Below, in pieces: positions 19,480 to 27,837 of a DNA stretch of 64,000 nt (positions within the stretch are counted from its first letter, which is position 1; each line of letters starts with the position of its first letter). The notes under the pieces are model-generated. The model searched no databases. It was not told where the DNA came from and saw only the letters and a list, made by a program, of their open reading frames with translations. Source of the stretch: Eubacterium sp. (GTDB lineage Bacteria; Bacillota; Clostridia; Oscillospirales; Acutalibacteraceae); NCBI GenBank assembly GCA_051892435.1, contig JBJFGE010000039.1:52766-116765 (forward strand). The letters are read 5' to 3'. Both the position numbers and the translations under genes were made by a program.

Positions 19480-19833
19480 TCACACCGCCTCAAACGCAAA
19501 GGAATCCTTTTTAAGCAAATCTGCACAATCCTTTACGGCTTGGTCATATAATTCTCTTGCCCCCTCAACTGAGGCAGAGGACATTGAATAAGTAATATCC
19601 CCCGCCTTAAAAGAGGTCAGGCTTTCAGACTGATTTAACAAGAGAATCTGATAGTAGCATTTTGCGGCGGCAAGATGAATAACACGCTTATCCGTTTCAA
19701 GCTCCGAGCTTTTAAGCTGAGAGGAAACAGAATCGCAAATGCTTTCAATTATGCCGTCATATTTATCAAGCTGTTCCGATTCATATTCCGTCAAAACGTA
19801 TAATTCGTTTTTCACTGCATTATAATCAGTCAT
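19480..19833 (-). CDS. putative head-tail adaptor/connector (gp6/gp15-like)
   Basis: 117 aa helical protein with SFKAGDITYS, immediately after the capsid gene. Confidence 0.55.
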   Translation of the reverse strand: MTDYNAVKNELYVLTEYESEQLDKYDGIIESICDSVSSQLKSSELETDKRVIHLAAAKCYYQILLLNQSESLTSFKAGDITYSMSSASVEGARELYDQAVKDCADLLKKDSFAFEAV

Positions 19834-19847
19834 TCAAAGCCTCCTGA

Positions 19848-20837
19848 TTATGATTTAACAAGCTTTTTTACTGCACCCTCAAAAATAGGTGAAAAGCCAA
19901 CTATTGTTGAAACAGCAGCTCTTTCAAGCTGTCTGTCAATAATCTTGTCAAACTCTGTTGTAACATCACTTGCAACAACCTTTTCAACAGCATAGTTCTT
20001 ATCCAGTGCAATAACCGTATTGGCATTAACATTGTCAAAGCAAATGATTTCTGCACCAAACGGTGTGATAAGCTTTCCTGTACCATGAAAATCAAGGCCT
20101 GCATTTGCATCCTTGAACTCTGAAATTTTAAGTATTTCGGAAATTGTTGCAGGATTTGCCACAAGAGTTGTCATTGTATATGGCTGAAATGAAAGCCAAA
20201 GATTTACAAAATCATCATATGAGAAATTAGAGCCTGCAGTTTTCAAAACCTCTGTCTTATCAAGTATGATAGAATCAAGTGCCTCTATAAATTGGCTTTG
20301 AGAAATGCTTTCGCCAATCTTTTTAAGGGCAAGTGAAAATACATCAAGCTTCTGGAATTTAATAGCCTCATAAGATGCTGTAATCATTTTACCGAACTTT
20401 CTAAGCTCTGTAAGACTGCTCTTAACGCCGATTGTAAGCTCGGGAAGGGCTTCACCCTCTCCAATCTCCTCAAGATAATAGTCAGAGTCTTCGCCTAAAA
20501 GACTGATTGAACGGTAGTCAAGTGAGTCAATCAAAGTTGTTGTTGCAACAATGTTTTCAAGTCTGTCATTTCCTGCCATACCGTTTTTAACGGCACGTGA
20601 AATAAATTCAGGAAAAAGTACAGCAGCATCTGTTGTTGAGAAGAATTTTGAAATGGTGTCGGAATTTTCACCTGATACCTTAATATCAAATCTTTTAAGC
20701 TGACGCTCAAATGCATCAAGTCCCTCAAGAGAGGTCCCCTTATAATTTTCAGACGGGTCAAGCTTCTCAAGTGCCTGAGTAAATGATTTTCCTGTTGTGT
20801 AAAGTCCCTTTTCAAGTTTAATGTTATCGTATGCCAT
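19848..20837 (-). CDS. major capsid protein (HK97-like fold)
   Basis: 329 aa; LFPEFISR, IGEGEALP, LRKFGKMITASYEAI; follows the protease; strong AGGAGG SD. Confidence 0.8.
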   Translation of the reverse strand: MAYDNIKLEKGLYTTGKSFTQALEKLDPSENYKGTSLEGLDAFERQLKRFDIKVSGENSDTISKFFSTTDAAVLFPEFISRAVKNGMAGNDRLENIVATTTLIDSLDYRSISLLGEDSDYYLEEIGEGEALPELTIGVKSSLTELRKFGKMITASYEAIKFQKLDVFSLALKKIGESISQSQFIEALDSIILDKTEVLKTAGSNFSYDDFVNLWLSFQPYTMTTLVANPATISEILKISEFKDANAGLDFHGTGKLITPFGAEIICFDNVNANTVIALDKNYAVEKVVASDVTTEFDKIIDRQLERAAVSTIVGFSPIFEGAVKKLVKS

Positions 20838-20855
20838 AATTATTTCCTCCTTAAA

Positions 20856-21821
20856 TTACATCTTAAACTGATTAAACTGATTGCTTGTATTGCCGTTCTC
20901 TTTAATCTGAAGAGAAGCGGACTTTTCATAATTTGCCTTTGAGAAAGCCTTTTTGAATGCCAAAAGCTCCTTTGCTGTCATAACCTGAGCAACGCCCTTA
21001 AAGGTTTCAATATCCATATTCGGCATTGCGACAGCACAAAGTCTTACAACCTCATCGGTAAGGCTTTTTTTGTACTCACTTCCGAGCTTCGCCTCATCTT
21101 TAAGGCTTTCAATATATTCAACTGCACTTTCAGCCTGTGCCTTTGAAAGAACAACACTGTCAGTACAGCCTTTAAGAGTTTTAATAATTTCTTCCATATT
21201 CAAAGCTTCCTTTTCTGAAATTTTAAATGTCTTTGTAACTCCTGCCTCTCTCTGTGCAGGAACTGCTACAAAGCTGAATTCATAAGCGTCTCTTGCATCT
21301 GACAAAATGACAAAAGCTGTTTTGCCTTTATAGACCTTGCCGGGAATATGCTCGCATCTCTCCTGACGTCTGTCCTTGCCGCAAACAGAGCAAATACTCT
21401 TACCCATTGAACAGGAAACGGATACTTCCTTTTTAATTCCCGCCTCAATCTCGGTGATAAAGCCTTCTGTTTCATCATTTCTAACCATATAAGCCTTTGC
21501 CATAAGACGATAATAATCTTCACCGTCAGCAGTTTTCCTTCCCTCAACCCTTTCAACCCAGGTGTCATAAATTCTTGCAGTCTGGTCACTTGATTTCATC
21601 GAGTGGTCTTTAATTCCCGTTCTGCCTAAAAACATCTGTGAAAGCTCATTAAGAGCCTCAAGGGAAAACTTTTCATAATCTCTGTCAACATCATTGTTGC
21701 AAAGCACTAAGTTAAAAGCATAAAGCCTATCAGCCTCAAAGGGAGTTCTTGTAAAGGTGTTAATTTTTTCAAGCTCTTTGTCTGTCAGCTCAACGCTTTT
21801 GATTGTAAATCCTTCTCTCAC
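20856..21821 (-). CDS. prohead protease / scaffold
   Basis: NDVDRDYE.F, DH, KEVSVSC, CSVCG..C.H, YEFSFVAVPAQ; C-terminal helical scaffold-like region. Confidence 0.75.
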   Translation of the reverse strand: MREGFTIKSVELTDKELEKINTFTRTPFEADRLYAFNLVLCNNDVDRDYEKFSLEALNELSQMFLGRTGIKDHSMKSSDQTARIYDTWVERVEGRKTADGEDYYRLMAKAYMVRNDETEGFITEIEAGIKKEVSVSCSMGKSICSVCGKDRRQERCEHIPGKVYKGKTAFVILSDARDAYEFSFVAVPAQREAGVTKTFKISEKEALNMEEIIKTLKGCTDSVVLSKAQAESAVEYIESLKDEAKLGSEYKKSLTDEVVRLCAVAMPNMDIETFKGVAQVMTAKELLAFKKAFSKANYEKSASLQIKENGNTSNQFNQFKM

Positions 21822-22948
21822 GCTTCAACCTCCTTATTAATTTTATTTGCCTGTGCCATATAAAGCTGTGCCTGAGCCTTGTCCTTCTCGTCCTGAAGTG
21901 TGATTTTGCTCCAAATAACCTTGAGGTCACACTGAATACCGTTTAAGGCGAGATACATATTGCCTATTTGGATAATAACAGGTGTGAGAATTCTTCTGTA
22001 GGATTCAAGCTCTGTGGTAAGAATATCAGCCTGCTGAGTGCTCATTCTTTCGGTTGATGACCAGCTAAGTCCAAGCATAAAGGGAGGTATTCCTGTTTTT
22101 GCAACTATCTGCTCAAGAAGCTGACGAACAGGAATTTCACTGTCGAGAATTTCATTGTCAGCACCAATTACCTTTATACTGACATCGCCGACTGCTACAA
22201 AATCCTTAACAGCTGAGGAGTCCATAGCCTCCTTCCAAGCCTGTGCTACTGTCTGAGCCTGCTGTGATGCTCCCGCATAATCCGAGTTATCTGATGGCTT
22301 ACATATAACAGCGTATCTGATGTTCCCTGCATGCTCCCAGTTTTCACCGATGGTATTATAAATTTTCATCAGTATGTCACTGATAAAGGGCAGTCCGCTT
22401 AAAAGGCTTGTACCGCAAAGCTTTTCAGGCTCAGGGTTTAAAACAGAATAAAGAATAAGATTAGGATGTTTAATCCTTTCTCCGAAATTATAAAAATCAA
22501 CATCAATTCCGTTTTCAGCCCTTTTAAGCTCAATGCTTTCAAGACTGCTGTTATAAAGTGCATAAAGCCCCTGCTCATTTACAACCATTTCGCCGATAGC
22601 TGTTCCAAAGGTGAGAAGCTGATTGAGATAATTTGAAATAAAAGCAGACAGTCCCCTTTGATTGCCTCCCACATTGATATTTTGAAAGTAGGAATTTATG
22701 CTTTCATTAAGGCTGTCATTTCCTGTTTCAAAGGTGAATCCCTCTGTCAGTCTGACAATTTTGTTGATTGCGGCGTCAAGAATAGGCACAGCATTTCTAA
22801 TCTGTGCATAAACCTTTGACTCTGCACCCATAGGCAAATACGAGGTTAGACTGTAATAAGGGTGAGAAGAATTTATTGATGTCTGCACCGCCGTAGCATT
22901 CGGCAACGGCAAATCAGACTTCTTTTTTCTTTTATCAAATATGCCCAA
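21818..22948 (-). CDS. phage portal protein
   Basis: 376 aa after TerL; VPILDAAINKI, GTSLL, GIPPFMLGL. Confidence 0.8.
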   Translation of the reverse strand: MGIFDKRKKKSDLPLPNATAVQTSINSSHPYYSLTSYLPMGAESKVYAQIRNAVPILDAAINKIVRLTEGFTFETGNDSLNESINSYFQNINVGGNQRGLSAFISNYLNQLLTFGTAIGEMVVNEQGLYALYNSSLESIELKRAENGIDVDFYNFGERIKHPNLILYSVLNPEPEKLCGTSLLSGLPFISDILMKIYNTIGENWEHAGNIRYAVICKPSDNSDYAGASQQAQTVAQAWKEAMDSSAVKDFVAVGDVSIKVIGADNEILDSEIPVRQLLEQIVAKTGIPPFMLGLSWSSTERMSTQQADILTTELESYRRILTPVIIQIGNMYLALNGIQCDLKVIWSKITLQDEKDKAQAQLYMAQANKINKEVEA

Positions 22949-22952
22949 TACC

Positions 22953-24212
22953 TCAATTCCTTTCTATTGCAACGGACACAAAGCCGTTTTGGTTTGCTTC
23001 CTTTTTCATCACTGTTGAAACAAAATAACGTATGTCGTCCATTGCGTGGTCATTTTCTTTTTTGACAGCGTCCTTTTTTATACTGTCATCCCAGCGGTAA
23101 AGAGAAAATTCTCTTATACTGTCACGGCAGTTAGGCGATATGTAAATCTCCTCATTTTTAAGTGCCTGACAGACTCTGTTTATTCCCGAGACAACATCGT
23201 TGTCAGCCTTAATCACCCTATATTTCCCGTGACGCCTGACAGTTTGAATAAAGGACGCTGCCGACGGGTCGATAATCAGAGCCTCAATAGCCTTGCCCTT
23301 TGCAAGCTTGCAAAGCTCCCTATAATATTCCTCGTCGGTAAGCTGAATACCTGTGTCTCGCCCCGAATGATAATATTCGTCAACACGATACCATTTACCG
23401 TCAAACTCTCCCCACAAACCAAGGGAAAAGGGATTAACCGTTCCGTAGTCACAGGAGAGGTAATATTTTTTTATCGTACCCGTACATTCTTTTACGTGTC
23501 TGGCACAGTCAAACATAGGATAAACCAAACCCTGTGCCGTGACCCACTTCCCCTCAACGAAGCGCTCATAAAACGCTCCCGAATAAAGGCTTTTATATCG
23601 GTCAATAACCGATTTTGAAAGAGATGGATTATCCTGCATTGTAAAATGGAGATATAAAACATTTTTCTCCCTGCATTTCAAAATCCACTCCGTGTAAAAC
23701 CAGTGATAGGGATGCTCAGGATTGCAGTTAAAAAAGTACTTTGCGTTTTCAAGAGAGCATCTTGCAATGGCCTGCTCAACAAAGCTTCTGGGCATCAGAG
23801 CCACCTCGTCAAGCATAACACCGCCTAATGTCATACCCTGAATTAAGGATGCCGAGGATTCATCTCTCCCGCCGAAAAGATAAAAACGATTTTTCACATT
23901 TCCTCTTGAAACGGTTAGTACATTTCTGCTGATTTTATAGTCGCAGGAAAATCCAAGCTCATTAAGTACAGGAAGAAGCGGCGTTATTACATTCCGTCTC
24001 AGAGAAGCGACAGTCTTTCCGCAAAGTGCAAAGGAGGTGTCGCTGAAATAATAAAACGCCCAGCAAATAAATGAGATACTCATACAAAGGGTTTTACCTG
24101 ACCTGACCGCTCCGTCACAGATAATTCCGTTTTTATCTCTCATTCTGCTTCCCTTGCACCACCATGTTAAGACTGCAAGCTGTTTTTTAGAAAATGGCTT
24201 AAAGCTACTCAC
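22953..24212 (-). CDS. terminase large subunit (PBSX-like)
   Basis: Walker A DGAVRSGKT, Walker B VMLDEVA, NCNP..P.HWFY, nuclease DYGT.NP, IDPSAASF, NDHAMDDIRYF; start chosen at GTG 24212 after GGAG. Confidence 0.93.
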   Translation of the reverse strand: MSSFKPFSKKQLAVLTWWCKGSRMRDKNGIICDGAVRSGKTLCMSISFICWAFYYFSDTSFALCGKTVASLRRNVITPLLPVLNELGFSCDYKISRNVLTVSRGNVKNRFYLFGGRDESSASLIQGMTLGGVMLDEVALMPRSFVEQAIARCSLENAKYFFNCNPEHPYHWFYTEWILKCREKNVLYLHFTMQDNPSLSKSVIDRYKSLYSGAFYERFVEGKWVTAQGLVYPMFDCARHVKECTGTIKKYYLSCDYGTVNPFSLGLWGEFDGKWYRVDEYYHSGRDTGIQLTDEEYYRELCKLAKGKAIEALIIDPSAASFIQTVRRHGKYRVIKADNDVVSGINRVCQALKNEEIYISPNCRDSIREFSLYRWDDSIKKDAVKKENDHAMDDIRYFVSTVMKKEANQNGFVSVAIERN

Positions 24213-24540
24213 AGTCGCCATCTCCGTATGCACTGTCTGCACCGATAGCGCTTTTTTCGAGAGCATCAAAAAAAGATGTCTTTTCTTTACCGTCCTGCTC
24301 GACAGCTAACTCTCTGAGCTTATCTATCGCTTTGAGCCTGTCAAAAAATTTAATCTCCATACCACCGCCCTTAGGTCTCTTAATCTCACTTACATTAAAT
24401 AAATCAAGACTTGGCAGTTTGGCTATTATGTTTTCTTCAGATTCATAAAGGAGAGTTACAGCGTCTGTAATTTCTCCAAAGGCAAGGCGCCTTAAACCGT
24501 CGCTGACCTCCTTTTGCGTAATCCTTTTTCTGCGTGACAA
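24205..24540 (-). CDS. terminase small subunit-like protein
   Basis: 111 aa directly upstream of and overlapping terL; LRRLAFG and EIKFFDRLKAIDKL motifs. Confidence 0.7.
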   Translation of the reverse strand: MSRRKRITQKEVSDGLRRLAFGEITDAVTLLYESEENIIAKLPSLDLFNVSEIKRPKGGGMEIKFFDRLKAIDKLRELAVEQDGKEKTSFFDALEKSAIGADSAYGDGDCE

Positions 24541-24559
24541 TTCATCATCTCCCTACTGA

Positions 24560-24640
24560 TTTTTTCAGGGCAATAAAAAAACGCCCTGCACTTATAGGGC
24601 GTATAGGCGGTATTTATAGCATAATCACGCTATAATCAGG
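24560..24640 (-). promoter_or_regulatory. leader of the phage-like operon with a hairpin and a palindromic candidate operator
   Basis: cagggc..gccctg hairpin (24566-24588); TTATAGC-N8-GCTATAA perfect inverted repeat (24614-24635); ataatca repeated at 11-bp spacing. Confidence 0.4.
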
Positions 24641-24696
24641 CCGAAAAACAGCAAAATAAAATTATTTCACTTCAATTATTCACCTTTTGCGTATAT

Positions 24697-24890
24697 AAAT
24701 CGGGTTTGTTGAGGTGTTACTGCAACAAGCTTTCGTAGGGGCGTGCAGTGCACGCCCGAATATAAGCGGGCGACCAATGGGATTCCCCTGTTAGGGGAAA
24801 TGTCTGCGAAGCAGACAAAAGGGTCTGGCGACCGCTCCAAGGTCGCCCCTACGGTTGTTTCATTCAACAACATCTCGACAAATCCGAATT
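24697..24890. repeat. GTAG REP/REPIN-like element copy 2 with outer inverted repeats and a nested ~60-bp insert
   Basis: gtaggggcgtgca.tgcacgcccg..cgggcgacc..[insert]..ggtcgcccctac; outer arms aaatcgggtttgttgag / ctcgacaaatccgaatt. Confidence 0.8.
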
Positions 24891-24986
24891 GTAAAACTAT
24901 TTTTGTCGGGAAATGGTGTTCTTTATTATATCGTCTATCTTCTCGTCTGCGTGTAGGCTCAGCCTGCCAAACCCTAATTTATAAAG

Positions 24987-25014
24987 AAAAAAGAGGGCAT
25001 TGCCCTCTTTTTTT
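24987..25014. terminator. intrinsic terminator downstream of the DUF308 gene
   Basis: aaaaagagggca-t-tgccctcttttt. Confidence 0.7.
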
Positions 25015-25609
25015 ACTCGTCAACCTCTCTTGCGTCAGCCTCAATCTGTGACGGCTCGATATCAATTACTGCCTCTTCAACAGCCTTTGCAACCCTTTTC
25101 ACCTGAATAAACGCAATAAGGTCAAGAACCGCATATACAATCAGACTTATTCCCAAAAGTCTGATAACTGCCAGTGAGGAGCTGAAAGGATTAATAACAA
25201 TAAGAAGTCCTAAAACAGCAGTAGCAACAGACAGTAAAAAGGACACTATCCAGTCACCGAAGCCGTATCTTTTAACATCTATTGACGTAATCAAATCAAC
25301 TACACCGCTGATTAAGATAAACAGACCGAACAGAAAAAGAAGTATTGATACAATGCTTTTGTATTTTACGCATACAATAATTCCCGATATTATCGCTATC
25401 ACCGCAAGAATAATCAAAAACGTATTTCTGTCCTTTACAAAATAGGAAATCAATGCCCCTATACCGAGAGCAATCATTGTAATACCGCAAATCATACTGA
25501 CAACGTAAAGTGTTTCTCCCGGTCTGATAAGAAGAACGATACCCATTACTGCCGAGGCTATAATTGTAATGATTGACAGATTTTTTATTTTACCGAAAAA
25601 TTCTCTCAT
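25013..25609 (-). CDS. HdeD/DUF308-family membrane protein
   Basis: Six TM segments with the repeated G...L..P pattern. Confidence 0.7.
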   Translation of the reverse strand: MREFFGKIKNLSIITIIASAVMGIVLLIRPGETLYVVSMICGITMIALGIGALISYFVKDRNTFLIILAVIAIISGIIVCVKYKSIVSILLFLFGLFILISGVVDLITSIDVKRYGFGDWIVSFLLSVATAVLGLLIVINPFSSSLAVIRLLGISLIVYAVLDLIAFIQVKRVAKAVEEAVIDIEPSQIEADAREVDE

Positions 25610-25617
25610 TCAATCAC

Positions 25618-26589
25618 CTACTTAATATACCTTATGTCGTTGCCCTCAAGAACAAGTGGCTTATATTCTCCTGCAATTCTTGAGGTAATACGCTGGTCAT
25701 ATTTATCTTCCAGCTCGTCAAAGGTAAAGTTTGTTGAAATAATTGTGGATAGCTTTGCTGATATTCTTGAATTTATTATGTTAAACAGACTGGCAACCGT
25801 GTAGGCACTTTTAAATTCTGTACCTAAATCATCAATAATCAGCAAATCGCAGTTTAAAACTGCCCTTTCATAATATCTGATATTGTCTGTTCTGCCGAAA
25901 TTTTCGTTTTGCAAATCGTTTAAAATATTCTGTGCAGTACCGTAAACTACGCTTTTACCCTTACTAATAACAACATTTGCGATAGCAAGTGACAAATGAG
26001 TTTTTCCTAGTCCCGTACCGCCCATAAAAAGAATATTTGCCGACTCTCTTGAAAAATTTGTCGCATATTGGCTACAGCTTCTCTTGATTTTTTCAGCCTT
26101 GTTTCTGGGACAAACACCGTTTTCCATTACCTCATCCGGATAATAATTAACATCAAAGCTTTCAAAGGTACATTCAGAAAGAGGTGCAATTTTTTCAAGG
26201 TTTTCTCTTTCGATATCCTTTAAAATCTCGTTGTGGCATTTACAGCGTCTGCTTTGTACAAAGCCTGTATCCTTGCAGACAGGACAGGTGTATTTTATAT
26301 CAAGAGCATTTTCGTCGTAGCCGTTCTTTTTCAGAAGTGCTTTTTTCTCCTCCTGCAGTGCAAGGCTCTCCTCCATAAGCTTTTCAATATCAGCCTGCTT
26401 GTCATTACTGTAAAGAAAAACCTTTGAAATATTAAGACCGATTCGGGAAAGCTTACGCTGTATTTCCTCAAGCTCTGGGATTTTTTCGCTGATTTCCTCT
26501 AATCTGTCCTGTGCCTCAAGATTTGCTTTTTCTCTTCTTCGTTCAAGAATTTCCGTTGCTTTAGAGTAAACCTCCTGCGAATATGACAT
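25618..26589 (-). CDS. DnaC/DnaI-like helicase-loader ATPase
   Basis: CPVCKDTG..C.C Zn motif, GGTGLGKT Walker A, LLIIDDLGTE, STN, RITSRI. Confidence 0.88.
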   Translation of the reverse strand: MSYSQEVYSKATEILERRREKANLEAQDRLEEISEKIPELEEIQRKLSRIGLNISKVFLYSNDKQADIEKLMEESLALQEEKKALLKKNGYDENALDIKYTCPVCKDTGFVQSRRCKCHNEILKDIERENLEKIAPLSECTFESFDVNYYPDEVMENGVCPRNKAEKIKRSCSQYATNFSRESANILFMGGTGLGKTHLSLAIANVVISKGKSVVYGTAQNILNDLQNENFGRTDNIRYYERAVLNCDLLIIDDLGTEFKSAYTVASLFNIINSRISAKLSTIISTNFTFDELEDKYDQRITSRIAGEYKPLVLEGNDIRYIK

Positions 26590-26601
26590 TGCTTTCCCTC
26601 C

Positions 26602-27591
26602 TTATAAATCTGTGTTATTCATTGACTCTCTTTTAATTTTTTCAAGGTCATAAGACGGCTTGCTTTTAAGCTTGTTATCCTTCTTATCCGCCTTTTGCTT
26701 TGCGAATTCCTCCTGCTGAGCCTTAACCTGAACAGGAGAAGTAATACCGTCCTTTTTCCACTTTTTCAAAACGGAATTCATATAGGTAAGCTTAGGCTCA
26801 GGGGTGTTTTCCTTCATAATATCGGCAGCAAGGCTAATCATAGTAATATCAAAATCCTCAAACCAGCCGTTTACCATTTCTCTCTGTTTAACGGTAGGCT
26901 TACGGTGTCTTATTCCCGTTATGGAAATTATCTCATTCCAAAGCCTGTCGCTTCTTTCAATCTCCTTGAGCTTTTCCTCTGCTTCGGCAATGCTGTCAAC
27001 GCCCTCGTCAGCCCAGTTCTTTGCCATAGCATTTACGTAGGAAATTCCGACTGATCTGCCTTTTTCTTTTTCACAGCGGTAAAATTCAAGAATCATCAAA
27101 ACCACTTCAGCTTTAAGACCGTAATAGTTTACCATATTAATAAGCATTTCCTGTTCGGCGTGGCTTATGCTTCTGCCGAGAACCTTCTGTGCCTCGGTAA
27201 GAAGAAATCTAAGCTTTTCATCATCACGCAAAATTGCCACAATATCCTTTGGAGAAAGCCTTGGAGCAGAAAGTGTTTCCTTAACCTTTTGTACGGGCTT
27301 CTCCGCCATTTCCGCCTGAACAGTCTGTATAGGCTCAACGGTCTTGCCGTCAGCAGACAAAATGCCTTCTTCAACCCAAAACTCCAAAAGATTATCAATA
27401 TCCGCCACCGTATGACCCAGTGCCTTTGCTATATCCTCAGAAGATGCCTGACCGTTATTTCTCAATATGTAAAGTAATGATTTAAGCTGGTATTCGCTTG
27501 CAAGCTTCAAATATTTATCCACAAGCAAGGACGGCACGTTAAATATACCGCCGTTCCAAACTGAACCAAAGGGTAAAACTCTGTAATCCAT
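26602..27591 (-). CDS. DnaD-domain replication protein
   Basis: N-terminal wHTH (VDKYL..FWVEEG); two DnaD-like repeats (YVNAMAKNWADEG, YMNSVLKKWKKDG); start at ATG 27591. Confidence 0.85.
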   Translation of the reverse strand: MDYRVLPFGSVWNGGIFNVPSLLVDKYLKLASEYQLKSLLYILRNNGQASSEDIAKALGHTVADIDNLLEFWVEEGILSADGKTVEPIQTVQAEMAEKPVQKVKETLSAPRLSPKDIVAILRDDEKLRFLLTEAQKVLGRSISHAEQEMLINMVNYYGLKAEVVLMILEFYRCEKEKGRSVGISYVNAMAKNWADEGVDSIAEAEEKLKEIERSDRLWNEIISITGIRHRKPTVKQREMVNGWFEDFDITMISLAADIMKENTPEPKLTYMNSVLKKWKKDGITSPVQVKAQQEEFAKQKADKKDNKLKSKPSYDLEKIKRESMNNTDL

Positions 27592-27680
27592 TAGATAAAC
27601 TCCTCTTGTTGTAAGTTTCATTTTATCAAAAAAATATGTATATGTAAACATATAAATATTACAAATTTCTAAAAAAACAC

Positions 27681-27709
27681 TTGACAAAATCATATCCGAT
27701 ATGTATAAT
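27681..27709 (+). promoter_or_regulatory. consensus sigma70 promoter of tRNA-Gly
   Basis: TTGACA-17 nt-TATAAT with an extended TG. Confidence 0.85.
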
Positions 27710-27722
27710 TACACTTGCATTT

Positions 27723-27798
27723 GCGGATGTAGCTCACCCGGTAGAGCGCAACCTTGCCAAGGTTGAGGTAGCGAGTTCGAGCCTCGTCATCCGCTCCA
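27723..27798 (+). tRNA. tRNA-Gly (GCC)
   Basis: GCGGATG/CATCCGC acceptor stem, anticodon arm caacc-TTGCCAA-ggttg, TTCGA T-loop, encoded CCA. Confidence 0.96.
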
Positions 27799-27800
27799 TA

Positions 27801-27834
27801 AAAAATCGGTGCTTATTTCAAGCACCGATTTTTT
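27801..27834. terminator. bidirectional terminator between tRNA-Gly and mfd
   Basis: aaaaatcggtgctt-atttc-aagcaccgattttt. Confidence 0.85.
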
Positions 27835-27837
27835 CTT

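Larger units (their letters stand above)
14446..24540 (-). other. GTA-like / domesticated phage head-packaging-baseplate operon (15 co-oriented ORFs)
   Basis: terS-terL-portal-protease-capsid-neck genes-LysM-hub-spike-wedge-baseplate J-fibre order; gaps of at most about 20 nt or overlaps; no integrase, lysis, sheath, tube or tape-measure gene recognisable. Confidence 0.8.

Noticed and set aside
14446-24540. Tailocin, eCIS/T6SS or encapsulin
   Set aside because: Tailocins and eCIS need a sheath and tube and lack heads. Encapsulins lack terminase and portal. Here the head and packaging genes are present and the sheath and tube are not.
24676-25051. ORFs 24676-24873 (-) and 24743-25051 (+), and similarly 49138-49329 (+)
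   Set aside because: They are translations of the REP-like palindromes, with no SD and no protein-like features.
27515-27523. Perfect DnaA box TTATCCACA inside dnaD as a replication origin
   Set aside because: It is a single box in coding sequence (LVDKY codons), with no box cluster or unwinding element seen.
14446-27798. Complete prophage integrated at tRNA-Gly
   Set aside because: No integrase or repressor, and I found no duplicate of the tRNA 3' end near 14.4 kb. The tRNA 3' end faces away from the cluster, and a terminator and a DUF308 gene separate dnaC from terS.
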